Source: Patescibacteria group bacterium
GTDB lineage: Bacteria; Patescibacteriota; Patescibacteriia; PEXW01
Assembly: GCA_038063455.1 (NCBI GenBank)
Contig: JBBTVB010000006.1
Location: forward strand, 105,234 to 160,429
Length of the DNA: 55,196 nucleotides
Direction: 5' to 3'
Shown here: piece by piece, positions 46,845-54,674 of the stretch
Numbering within the stretch: position 1 is the first letter of the stretch
How the letters are laid out: every line of letters starts with the position of its first letter
Notes under the pieces: model-generated
What the model was told of the DNA's origin: nothing
The model's database searches: none
The model's input: the letters and a program-made list of their open reading frames with translations, nothing else
Program-made: the position numbers and the translations under genes

Positions 46845-48413
46845 TTAGCGCCCGTAAAAATCCTTGGCAAAATCAATGGGTGCCAGGCGGATATGCTGGA
46901 GCAATTGGGGGTAGCTGGCCGTTGCCTGGGCCAGCATGTCCCGCACCACCTCGCGGTATGACAAGTGGCCACCGGACTTGGAGCGGAGCTCGACCATGTG
47001 AGTAAGCTCGCGAGCGTTCATAATGAACAGCGTGCGCTTACGGGTGGCCATGGGCAGCACGTTGGCGGCTTCGTGCGGCAAGTCGTTAGCAATGGTGCGA
47101 TAGGCCGCACCCACGCGCTGGGTAATAGTGTCAAAAATATCCGCGCCGCCTGCATCGAGCATGCCCATGGGTTCGGGCGGAGCTTCGAAACCATGCTGGT
47201 TGGTCAGCGGTTGGTTGAGCTGCGTGCACATGCGGTGGCGCTGCAAATCCCGGAAGGCTCCGTAGTCCATGAGCGTATCAAAAATGAGCCCGCCCACTTC
47301 ATAGGCCCGGCCGGGAATATCGTGCGGGCCGCGGTCGGCCATGCCGGCGGCAATAATCTCGTTGCGCGCCGACCCCGGCAAATCGGCCACAACCTGGCGA
47401 ATCTGGCCATATGAAAAATGCGTTGCTTCGTACAGCAGGGCTGTTGCCACGTCGACTTCTTGATGCTCGGGCTCGTAAAACATGACGCGCGGTTCGCGGT
47501 CCAGAACATGCAGATCACCGAGGATATCTGCAGCAACTACCTGCATGCGGCGGCGGGACTGCTTGGCAAATGGCGTGGGGTCCGTATGCTTCACCAGCGT
47601 CGGCGCGCCCTTGTACTGCAAGTTGAGTTTGCTCTTTATGGCCGAGGCCAGGGTGGCGTTTTCAAAGTCCGCGGTTTCTAGCAGGTGCTCAATTTCTTGG
47701 GCGTGCGGGTTGTAGGCCGGGTTGGTGGCGGCTGCTTCAATCTCGAGGGCAATGGTCCGCACCTCGTCTAGCTCGTGCTGCTTCATTTTAAATATAGCCC
47801 GGCGCAAACCCCGCGCAGAAGAAATCCAGCCCAAGTTCGTTAGTGTAGAAGTTGGTAACAAGTAGCGGGCAATGTCCAAACTCCGGGCTTTGAGCTTGGC
47901 GGCGTACACTTTGTCCGTAGCCTCTTCCTGCTTCGGGTAGGTGCGGGCGTAGTACTCCTGCATCAGCTTGGTCATGTCCGTATACGCATCGAACATATCC
48001 TCGCAGGCCTGGACGTACGCGTCGGCATGGGTTGAGGTCATAATCGGCGCGGACCGGTAGTAGCGGCGAGGCAAGCTGGTACCGTCTGGCCGAACCTTGC
48101 GCTCGAAACTTTGGTAGCGGGTGGACTTCTCTTGGTAGCTAGCCAAACGCTGGTCTTCGATTGCTTTGCTGGCCAGCATGCTCACATTCTCACAGGCCAA
48201 CGCCACCACGGCCATATCAGCCACGGAGGCATCGCCGTAGCCCAGTACCCACTTTTCATGGAACTCGGCAGACTTCTCTTCGGTGAGCTCTTGGAGGGTT
48301 TCTTTAATCGACAAAGCCGACCGAGAGTACTTGGCCATGCCTACAGCCAGCACTTCTGGCGGCAAACCAGTAATGGCGAAAATGTCTCGGTCGTTGGGGC
48401 CCTTGGTATCCAT
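46845..48413 (-). CDS. thyX: flavin-dependent thymidylate synthase, long two-domain form
   Basis: 522 aa, about twice a canonical ThyX. The N-half carries QRLASYQEKSTRY (R-x-x-S-x-x-x-x-S-x-RY). The C-half carries LQRHRMCTQLNQ (RHR retained, distal part lost). Confidence 0.85.
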   Translation of the reverse strand: MDTKGPNDRDIFAITGLPPEVLAVGMAKYSRSALSIKETLQELTEEKSAEFHEKWVLGYGDASVADMAVVALACENVSMLASKAIEDQRLASYQEKSTRYQSFERKVRPDGTSLPRRYYRSAPIMTSTHADAYVQACEDMFDAYTDMTKLMQEYYARTYPKQEEATDKVYAAKLKARSLDIARYLLPTSTLTNLGWISSARGLRRAIFKMKQHELDEVRTIALEIEAAATNPAYNPHAQEIEHLLETADFENATLASAIKSKLNLQYKGAPTLVKHTDPTPFAKQSRRRMQVVAADILGDLHVLDREPRVMFYEPEHQEVDVATALLYEATHFSYGQIRQVVADLPGSARNEIIAAGMADRGPHDIPGRAYEVGGLIFDTLMDYGAFRDLQRHRMCTQLNQPLTNQHGFEAPPEPMGMLDAGGADIFDTITQRVGAAYRTIANDLPHEAANVLPMATRKRTLFIMNARELTHMVELRSKSGGHLSYREVVRDMLAQATASYPQLLQHIRLAPIDFAKDFYGR

Positions 48414-48502
48414 GCGCGGGTACTTTACTCGGCTGGGCCAAACTTGGCAAGTAAAAAAGGTTTACCCTGTGGCAAGCCTTAACATTTTTTACTAGCGTAA
48501 CG

Positions 48503-48688
48503 CTAGTTTTTCTGGTTTTCCTCTTGGTCAACCTTACTAAATGCTTTTGGTCGCATACCGGTACCGTGGCACAGCGCTCCACCGCCGGCTACAGAGTGGC
48601 TGGGCATAAAGCCATTAAAATTTTCTTCGGTAACACGTGATTGCGCATTACACACCGAGCAATTTACGATTGCTTCTTTCGGGTTCAT
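48503..48688 (-). CDS. small Cys-containing protein
   Basis: 61 aa. ATG 5 nt after GGAGG. CSVC...C-H pattern. Lies between thyX and dut. Confidence 0.4.
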   Translation of the reverse strand: MNPKEAIVNCSVCNAQSRVTEENFNGFMPSHSVAGGGALCHGTGMRPKAFSKVDQEENQKN

Positions 48689-48770
48689 GAAACCTCCACT
48701 GTTTGATGTTGAAAGAACAAAAAATTAGGCGATGTCTCAACATACGCCCGCTCACGCAACCTGTCAATTT

Positions 48771-49193
48771 TTACTGGCCGGTACTCCCAAATTTTCCTTC
48801 ACCGCGAGTAGTTTCTGTAAGCTCATGGGTAGTCTCAATGCTTGGGTGCTCTACTTGCTGAATAAGCACTTGTGCGACCTTCATGCCTTTTTCAAATGTA
48901 AAAGGCTCTGCGCTCAAATTATGAATTACTACGAGCCACTCACCGCGATAGCTAGCATCAATAACTCCTGCTATTGAGGTTAGGCCGTTTTTTGCAGCCA
49001 AACCACCTTTGTCCCAAACCAAAGCAACGGTTCCGGTCGGAAGCTCTGCAGCAAAACCCAGGTAGATTGCTCGACGCTCCCCCGCGGGAATAGTAACATT
49101 TTCTTTGGCAAATACATCCATTCCCGCATCACCGTCATGGGCGTAGGCTGGGGCTTTGGCGTCTGGATGGAGGAGCTTTACCTTGAAGTTCAT
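48771..49193 (-). CDS. dut: dUTP diphosphatase
   Basis: LHPDAKAPAYAHDGDAGMDVFA...GVIDASYRGEW...RGEGKFGSTG. Confidence 0.9.
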   Translation of the reverse strand: MNFKVKLLHPDAKAPAYAHDGDAGMDVFAKENVTIPAGERRAIYLGFAAELPTGTVALVWDKGGLAAKNGLTSIAGVIDASYRGEWLVVIHNLSAEPFTFEKGMKVAQVLIQQVEHPSIETTHELTETTRGEGKFGSTGQ

Positions 49194-49735
49194 ACCTTGA
49201 GTTTGGTCATGAGGGCGTCGAGCTGGGAGTACAGCACCTCGACTGTGTTGTTGTTGTCGATGCGGTGGTCGGCCTTAGCAATAAGTTCGGGAATAAATTG
49301 CTCGGTTTTGTACTCGTGCTGTAACTTAAACTTTTCCGCAGTCATCGTGCGATCATCATCTTTCTCGGACCGCTGCTGAATGCGAGCCAGGCGTGCGTCA
49401 AACTTCGTTTCGATGCCAACAAAAACAAAATCTGGTCGGCGCTTGAGCATTGCGTACTCATCCTGATATCGAAAACCTTCCATCACAATGGGCTTGGTAG
49501 TTTCCTGCGCTAAGTCCTGTAGTAATGTTTCGGCCAAAATATCATCACCAAAAATTGCGCGCATACTCTGGGCCAGCTTTTGCATATTCTCGCGCGTCTG
49601 CTGTTGGTGTAAACGGGCCAAAATGTCCCACAGGGGCTGAGAGAAACGCTTCGTCACCGCGCCATACTTTTCCACCAAATAGGCAGCTGCAGTCCCCTTA
49701 CCTGCCCCTGGTAAACCGGTTATACCGATAACCAT
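49190..49735 (-). CDS. P-loop nucleotide kinase (dNMP-kinase / dephospho-CoA-kinase-like)
   Basis: MVIGITGLPGAGKGTAAAYL. 4-nt overlap with dut. Specificity is not inferable from sequence. Confidence 0.6.
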   Translation of the reverse strand: MVIGITGLPGAGKGTAAAYLVEKYGAVTKRFSQPLWDILARLHQQQTRENMQKLAQSMRAIFGDDILAETLLQDLAQETTKPIVMEGFRYQDEYAMLKRRPDFVFVGIETKFDARLARIQQRSEKDDDRTMTAEKFKLQHEYKTEQFIPELIAKADHRIDNNNTVEVLYSQLDALMTKLKV

Positions 49736-49740
49736 TGGAA

Positions 49741-50220
49741 TTACTTTTTCTCGAGCTTGAGGTTGTGCTCCGGCACGTACTGGCGGTACGTCACGCCGGC
49801 GCGGTCAAACAATTTGCGCGAGGCCGCCCAAATATCCTGGTCGTGGTACTTGTCCGACATGTAGACCACTTCGGTTATGCCGTTCTGGATGATGGCTTTG
49901 GCACATTCGTTGCATGGGAAGAGCGTGGCGTACATGGTACAGCCTTTGGTTTGCGCGTTACTGTTGTACACGGCATTTTCCTCGGCATGAACAACGTAGG
50001 CGTACTTTGTTTCCAAAAAATTCCCCTCGCGCTCCCAGGGCAGCTGCTCATCTTCGATCCCGCGCGGGAAGCCGTTGTAGCCCAAACCAATTACCACCTT
50101 ATCGTGGTTGACAATAACCGCCCCAGCTTGGGTGGACGGATCTTTGGAGCGCTGGGCAATGAGCTCGGCCATCAGGCTGAAACACTCGTCCCAGCTAATG
50201 TAGTCAGTACGTTTGGGCAT
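49741..50220 (-). CDS. comEB: dCMP deaminase (ComEB family)
   Basis: VHAEENAV...PCNECAKAI zinc motifs. Confidence 0.9.
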   Translation of the reverse strand: MPKRTDYISWDECFSLMAELIAQRSKDPSTQAGAVIVNHDKVVIGLGYNGFPRGIEDEQLPWEREGNFLETKYAYVVHAEENAVYNSNAQTKGCTMYATLFPCNECAKAIIQNGITEVVYMSDKYHDQDIWAASRKLFDRAGVTYRQYVPEHNLKLEKK

Positions 50221-50337
50221 AAATTGAATTGGTTTAAAGGTAAAGGTTTAGAAGCTGGTAAGGTATAGGATGTAGACGAGAGAGCCCTCCTTCCAAACCT
50301 GTTGACTCTACTAGCCTCCACGCCCTTACTCTTCAAC

Positions 50338-51021
50338 CTACGGCTGCACCCGAATCCCCGGCCCCATAGTGGAGGTGACCGTCACGGTGAGCAAGTACGT
50401 GCCTTTCACGCCCGTTGGCTTGGCGCGCTTGACCGCCTCGATAAACATTTGGGCATTCTCTTCGAGTTGCGCTTCGGTAAAGGTGGTTTTGCCCACGGCC
50501 TGGTGCAAGTTGCCCGACTCGTCGTTGCGGAAGGTAACCTTGCCGCCGGACAAGTCGGTCACCGCCTTCGCCACGTCCGGCGTCACGGTTTCGTTCTTTG
50601 GGTTGGGCATCAAACCACGCGGCCCAAGGATTTTGGCCACTTTGCTTAGGTACTTCATCATGTCTGGCGTGGCCACTACCACGTCGGCATCAATGCCGCC
50701 CTTCTGCTGCACTTGAGCAACCAACTCTTCGCCGCCGACAATGGCCGCCCCGGCTTTTTGCGCCGCAGTTGCCGCCGCCCCAGTAGCGAACACAGCCACC
50801 TTCTTCTGCTTGCCCGTACCATGCGGCAAGGTGACCGAGCCACGTACCAACTGGTCGGCTTTCTTGGCATCAATGCCTAACCGAATGTGCAGCTCTAAAC
50901 TGCCCGGGAACTTGGTGGTCGCGGTTTTCTTGGCCAAGGCAATCGCCTCGGGTAATGGGTACAACGTACCGAGTTCAATAGTCTTAGCTGCTGCCTGGTA
51001 GCGCTTGCTGCGTTTTGCCAT
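50338..51021 (-). CDS. rplA: 50S ribosomal protein L1
   Basis: MAKRSKRYQAAAKTIELGTLYPLPEAIALAKK... Confidence 0.95.
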   Translation of the reverse strand: MAKRSKRYQAAAKTIELGTLYPLPEAIALAKKTATTKFPGSLELHIRLGIDAKKADQLVRGSVTLPHGTGKQKKVAVFATGAAATAAQKAGAAIVGGEELVAQVQQKGGIDADVVVATPDMMKYLSKVAKILGPRGLMPNPKNETVTPDVAKAVTDLSGGKVTFRNDESGNLHQAVGKTTFTEAQLEENAQMFIEAVKRAKPTGVKGTYLLTVTVTSTMGPGIRVQP

Positions 51022-51075
51022 ACTGCTAGAAATTTTGGTGGTGCTAACGCACCATAGACTGGTGCTCCCACCTTG

Positions 51076-51120
51076 CCCTGAACCCGAACCCCGCGTAGCG
51101 GGAAGTGAGTGGTTCAGAGG
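51076..51120 (+). repeat. ~45-nt hairpin-forming repeat, copy B (rplA leader)
   Basis: ccctgaacccgaaccccgcgtagcgggaagtgagtggttcagagg. By eye, about four fifths identical to the reverse complement of 53269..53314. Confidence 0.8.
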
Positions 51121-51174
51121 TGACGAAATAAATGATTAGGTTGTTTTCTTGCTTGCACCAAACCCGAGCCTTGC

Positions 51175-52056
51175 CTATGGCGAGGAGCGAGTGGTTTTGG
51201 TGCGCTCGCGTTGGATAACCGTCCAGTGCAACCAGAACAACGGAATGCTCACGAGTAGGAATGGTAGCGAGCTGGCCATGGTCCGTTGCCAGCCATGCGA
51301 CTGCTGTGCGTCAATTTCAGCTTTTGCGCTGGTGTAGTCCTGCTGCCATTGGGTGAGTAAGGTCTTTTGTTCGGCAGAAATGTTGCACTTGTCCGCACAA
51401 GCAAGCAGCGTCTCAACACCTTCGGTCTCGCTGGTCGTACGGCCGTCAATCGACTTGGCGGCAATCGGTTGGTTCAGGTCGCTGGCGGTATCTTTAATCA
51501 CCCAGGTTTTAAGGGCGGTATTTACCGATACCCCGGCCGAAATAATGAACATGACTACTGCAGCTAGAGCGACGAAGTAGAAGTACACCGAGCGCAAGGT
51601 AAAACTGGAATGCTTTCCTGCCCCAGCGGGCTGGCCACTTTCCTTGCGGTAGTCGCGCTGTGCAGTGCGGAAGTGGAAAAAGAAAATCGGCAAGGCCACA
51701 ATAAGAAATGACAGCGCATTCACCAAGCCGCGTTGCGTATTGGTGGACGTTGTTGGTTGAGTCTGCCAGGTCTTGTACTGCGCTTCCCAGTCGTTAATCG
51801 ACGTCCGGTCGTTCTCGGTGAGCGTGCAATCGGGCGTGCAGCTAACCTTGCTCAAGCTGGCGTCCGTAGCTTCGGTTTTGGGGCTTAAGACCAGCGGCGG
51901 TGGGGTGTAACGGCCAGAGACTTCGCCTTGGGTAAAGACTGTTACTTTTGCAACGTAGTTCAACAAGTACACACTGGAGCCGACAATAAAGCCTAACGCC
52001 ACCAGCGAGACCAGGTAGAAATAGATGTTTCGGACAGTGGACGATTGCTCGCTCAT
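51175..52056 (-). CDS. membrane protein with an internal two-fold duplication, inserted between rplK and rplA
   Basis: The halves align: VRNIYFYLVSLVALGFIV / LRSVYFYFVALAAVVMFI; CTPDCTLTENDRTSINDWEAQY / CADKCNISAEQKTLLTQWQQDY; LSFLIVALPIFFFHFRTAQRD / LPFLLVSIPLFWLHWTVIQRE. Confidence 0.7.
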   Translation of the reverse strand: MSEQSSTVRNIYFYLVSLVALGFIVGSSVYLLNYVAKVTVFTQGEVSGRYTPPPLVLSPKTEATDASLSKVSCTPDCTLTENDRTSINDWEAQYKTWQTQPTTSTNTQRGLVNALSFLIVALPIFFFHFRTAQRDYRKESGQPAGAGKHSSFTLRSVYFYFVALAAVVMFIISAGVSVNTALKTWVIKDTASDLNQPIAAKSIDGRTTSETEGVETLLACADKCNISAEQKTLLTQWQQDYTSAKAEIDAQQSHGWQRTMASSLPFLLVSIPLFWLHWTVIQRERTKTTRSSP

Positions 52057-52076
52057 ATGCGTACCATTGTAACGAG

Positions 52077-52502
52077 TTACTCGCTAATAGTTATGCCCAT
52101 GTTCCGCGCCGTACCTTCCACCGTACGCATCGCCCCTGCCAGGTCTTTGGCGTTCAAGTCTGGCATCTTCTTCTCGGCAATTTCTTTAATCTGGGCTTTG
52201 GTCACTTTCCCGACCTTATCTTGCAATGGCTTGGCCGAACCCTTCTCGATCTTCGCGGCTTTCTTCAACAGCTCGGCCGCGGGCGGCGTCTTCAGGATGA
52301 ACTCATAGGTACGGTCTTCGTAAATCGTAATTTCCGCGGGTGTCACTTCGCCCATGCGGTCTTTGGTGGCGTCATTAAACTTCTTGCAGAATTCCGCAAG
52401 GTTCAAGCCGTGGGGCCCAAGGGCCGTACCCACTGGCGGCGCTGGGTTGGCTTGGCCACCGGGAATTTGGAGCTTAACAATTGTCTTAATCTTCTTTGCC
52501 AT
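52077..52502 (-). CDS. rplK: 50S ribosomal protein L11
   Basis: [26 protein letters not shown]. Confidence 0.95.
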   Translation of the reverse strand: MAKKIKTIVKLQIPGGQANPAPPVGTALGPHGLNLAEFCKKFNDATKDRMGEVTPAEITIYEDRTYEFILKTPPAAELLKKAAKIEKGSAKPLQDKVGKVTKAQIKEIAEKKMPDLNAKDLAGAMRTVEGTARNMGITISE

Positions 52503-52510
52503 ATGCGTTA

Positions 52511-53056
52511 CTAGATTTTCTTAATTTGCAGGAAGTCCAACTCTACTGGGGTTTCACGGCCGAACATAGAAACCAGCACCTTTACCTTACCACGGGCTTC
52601 GTCCACTTCGGCCACCTTGCCTTCGTAGTCTTTAAACGGCCCGTCGGTAATCTTCACCGGGGTGCTGACCATAATATCAATCTTAAACTTCGGCTCGGCC
52701 ACGCCCATGCGCTTCTGGATGTCTTTCACTTCTTCATCCGAGATCGGGGTGGGGGTGGTGCCGCTGCCGACAAAACCGGTAACGTTGGGGGTGTTGCGGA
52801 TGACGTACCATGAGTCGTCGGTCACGATCATTTCGACCAACACGTAGCCTGGAAAAATCTTCTCGGTGACGACTTTACGCTTGCCGTTCTTAATCTTAAT
52901 CTTGTTTTCCGTCGGGATGAGGACGTTGAAAATCTTGTCCTGCATGTCCATGGATTCGATACGCTGGCGCAGGTTGCGCGCCACGTTCTCTTCGTAGCCA
53001 GAGTAGGTGTGCAACACGTACCACTTGCGGCCGTATTGTGCGGTTTGTTTTGCCAT
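52511..53056 (-). CDS. nusG: transcription termination/antitermination factor NusG
   Basis: [25 protein letters not shown]..., with a C-terminal [22 protein letters not shown] chose the ATG at 53056. Confidence 0.93.
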   Translation of the reverse strand: MAKQTAQYGRKWYVLHTYSGYEENVARNLRQRIESMDMQDKIFNVLIPTENKIKIKNGKRKVVTEKIFPGYVLVEMIVTDDSWYVIRNTPNVTGFVGSGTTPTPISDEEVKDIQKRMGVAEPKFKIDIMVSTPVKITDGPFKDYEGKVAEVDEARGKVKVLVSMFGRETPVELDFLQIKKI

Positions 53057-53060
53057 AGAT

Positions 53061-53249
53061 TTAGCGGGAAATAAGTTTTTCGAGACCGGCAGTGAGGCCC
53101 AAATCAAGCGCGCCCAGGAAGATGGCCACGCCTACCGAAACGCCAATAACCACCAGGGTGTCTTGGATCGTTTGCTTGCGGGTTGGCCAGGAGACTTTTT
53201 TGAGCTCCTCGTAGGCTTCCCGGAAATAACTAGTGAACCAATTGGCCAT
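53061..53249 (-). CDS. secE: preprotein translocase subunit SecE
   Basis: MANWFTSYFREAYEELKKVSWPTRKQTIQDTLVVIGVSVGVAIFLGALD. I chose the ATG at 53249; the track N-terminus lies in the leader repeat. Confidence 0.8.
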   Translation of the reverse strand: MANWFTSYFREAYEELKKVSWPTRKQTIQDTLVVIGVSVGVAIFLGALDLGLTAGLEKLISR

Positions 53250-53268
53250 TGGAATATAGGAGGTCTTA

Positions 53269-53314
53269 CCCCGAACCACTCGCTCCCCGCGCAAGGCGGG
53301 GCTCGGGTTCAGGG
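53269..53314 (-). repeat. ~45-nt hairpin-forming repeat, copy A (secE leader)
   Basis: Minus strand reads ccctgaacccgagccccgccttgcgcggggagcgagtggttcgggg. Confidence 0.8.
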
Positions 53315-53350
53315 TTTTCAAAATCAGCCCCGGCGGGGCGACGTGGGTCT

Positions 53351-53379
53351 ACTGTACCATTCGCCTATTGGGGCGTCAA
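53351..53379 (-). promoter_or_regulatory. sigma70-like promoter of secE-nusG-rplK
   Basis: Minus strand reads TTGACG (53379..53374), a 17-nt spacer, then TACAGT (53356..53351). It lies directly after the upstream terminator. Confidence 0.55.
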
Positions 53380-53383
53380 GCAT

Positions 53384-53421
53384 TAAAAAAAGCCCCGGTC
53401 TTCCAAGTGGAAGCCGGGGCT
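53384..53421 (-). terminator. intrinsic terminator
   Basis: agccccggcttcc / ggaagaccggggct (one bulge), followed on the minus strand by T7. Confidence 0.75.
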
Positions 53422-53465
53422 AATGAGCAATAAGCTACAGAACGTAGGTTGTAAAGAACTAAGTC

Positions 53466-53972
53466 CTAACTTGCGAGAACAGCCGAGAGACCGCCAACAA
53501 CCCAGTCGAGGTCACCGACCCGACCGTAGCCCCAGAACCAGGAACCATCGCCCGAGTGATAAAGACAAAGCACACAAAGAACGTTACCGTCGCTGAGCGT
53601 GCTCCCCAGGATAGTTCCCCAGAAGGAAAGCCAGGTTATGCCCTGTGACTCGTACAACCAGCGGAGTGTCAGCTGGTCTTTTTCCTCATAAAGGGCAAGG
53701 AAATCCTCGGCGTCGAGTTGGATGTCAGCGGGAGTGGCCTTAATACGCTTCAGGCGTTCTTCGCCACTGATTGTAGACTCACCTTCTTGCAGATAGTCCT
53801 TCCCGACAATCTTCCCCGCATCCAAGCTGCCACCGGATCGCTTGCTGATCTGTTCAACAAACGACCAGACGTTACCTAAATGTTTGTTGGGATCGAAGGG
53901 CTTGCGTTCAAGAATGTGTGGTTCGATTGCATGTTGACCTGCTTCAGCACCGTCTTGAATATTCAATGCCAT
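53466..53972 (-). CDS. hypothetical protein
   Basis: 168 aa with a Trp/Gly-rich C-terminus (WLSFWGTILG...GDGSWFWGYGRVGDLDW). No family recognised. Confidence 0.45.
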   Translation of the reverse strand: MALNIQDGAEAGQHAIEPHILERKPFDPNKHLGNVWSFVEQISKRSGGSLDAGKIVGKDYLQEGESTISGEERLKRIKATPADIQLDAEDFLALYEEKDQLTLRWLYESQGITWLSFWGTILGSTLSDGNVLCVLCLYHSGDGSWFWGYGRVGDLDWVVGGLSAVLAS

Positions 53973-54054
53973 GGCGTCATCCTCATTTCTACTTTTTCTC
54001 CGAATACCGTCGGAATCGCGGTTGAGGGCGTGCTGCCCACTTTTTTCAAGTGTT

Positions 54055-54082
54055 TTGTTACTCTTTTGTAACTAGGTACAAT
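54055..54082 (+). promoter_or_regulatory. sigma70-like promoter with a long leader
   Basis: TTGTTA, a 16-nt spacer, then TACAAT. It sits about 175 nt upstream of the ATG at 54261. Confidence 0.4.
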
Positions 54083-54114
54083 AGCGCAAAAGGATGAAAA
54101 AGTCAACCCCTGGC

Positions 54115-54150
54115 TTGGCTAAGGTTAGCCAAAAGTGCTGTAGTTAGCCA
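54115..54150. promoter_or_regulatory. operator-like palindrome plus an extra half-site
   Basis: ttggctaa-gg-ttagccaa is a perfect 8+2+8 palindrome (54115..54132). A third ttagcca lies at 54144..54150. Confidence 0.45.
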
Positions 54151-54260
54151 CATTTGCCTGTCGGAAAAAGACGGAGTATGCTGGGAGTCCGACCCTCCAA
54201 CGCTAAAGCTACGGAGGGCGGGGCAAGAGGACGGTTCTTCAATTAACCGTCTTACGATTT

Positions 54261-54617
54261 ATGACCAAAGAAGCAGAACCAACAATTAGCGATGTATTAG
54301 AAGCAATTCATACCTTTGCGGGTCAAACCGAACGTCGATTTGACAAGCTTGAAGGCCGACTCGGCAACCTGGAATCTGGAATGTCGAGCATGGTCACTAA
54401 GAGCTATTTGGAGGAGCGACTGCAAAAATTCCAGACAACCATGGTGACCAAAGACTACTTGGACGACAAAATGTCCGAACTTCGGGGTGACCTGGTGGTG
54501 CTTACCCGAAAGGCAGACACGAAGCTCCATACCCTCGTGGACATCCTCCACGATAAACGCGTTATTGATGATAATGACGTCCGCCGTGTGGAACGGCTAG
54601 AACCCTTTGCGCGGTAA
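54261..54617 (+). CDS. hypothetical coiled-coil protein
   Basis: 118 aa with heptad-like charged helices (RRFDKLEGRLGNLESGMSSM..., DDKMSELRGDLVVLTRKADTKL). Confidence 0.45.
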   Translation: MTKEAEPTISDVLEAIHTFAGQTERRFDKLEGRLGNLESGMSSMVTKSYLEERLQKFQTTMVTKDYLDDKMSELRGDLVVLTRKADTKLHTLVDILHDKRVIDDNDVRRVERLEPFAR

Positions 54618-54631
54618 TATAACAAGCACAT

Positions 54632-54659
54632 AAAAATCCCGCCTAAAGCGGGATTTTTT
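54632..54659. terminator. bidirectional intrinsic terminator (convergent with gyrB)
   Basis: A-run, then aaatcccgc / gcgggattt (9 bp), then a T-run. Confidence 0.75.
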
Positions 54660-54674
54660 AATTCAGCGATATAT

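Noticed and set aside
48470-48502. ctagcg-taa-cgctag hairpin plus a T-run as a terminator
   Set aside because: The T-run is on the plus strand, where no gene ends. On the minus strand, downstream of the 61-aa ORF, no U-tract follows the hairpin.
53250-53465. Expected tRNA-Trp upstream of secE
   Set aside because: I read both strands and found no cloverleaf or T-loop (GTTCRANYC) candidate. The region holds a terminator, a promoter and the hairpin repeat instead.
54197-54265. 22-codon mini-ORF (MLGVRPSNAKATEGGARGRFFN) in the long leader of the 54261 gene
   Set aside because: The GGAG is only 1 nt from the ATG, which is poor spacing. The sequence is better explained by the two leader hairpins.
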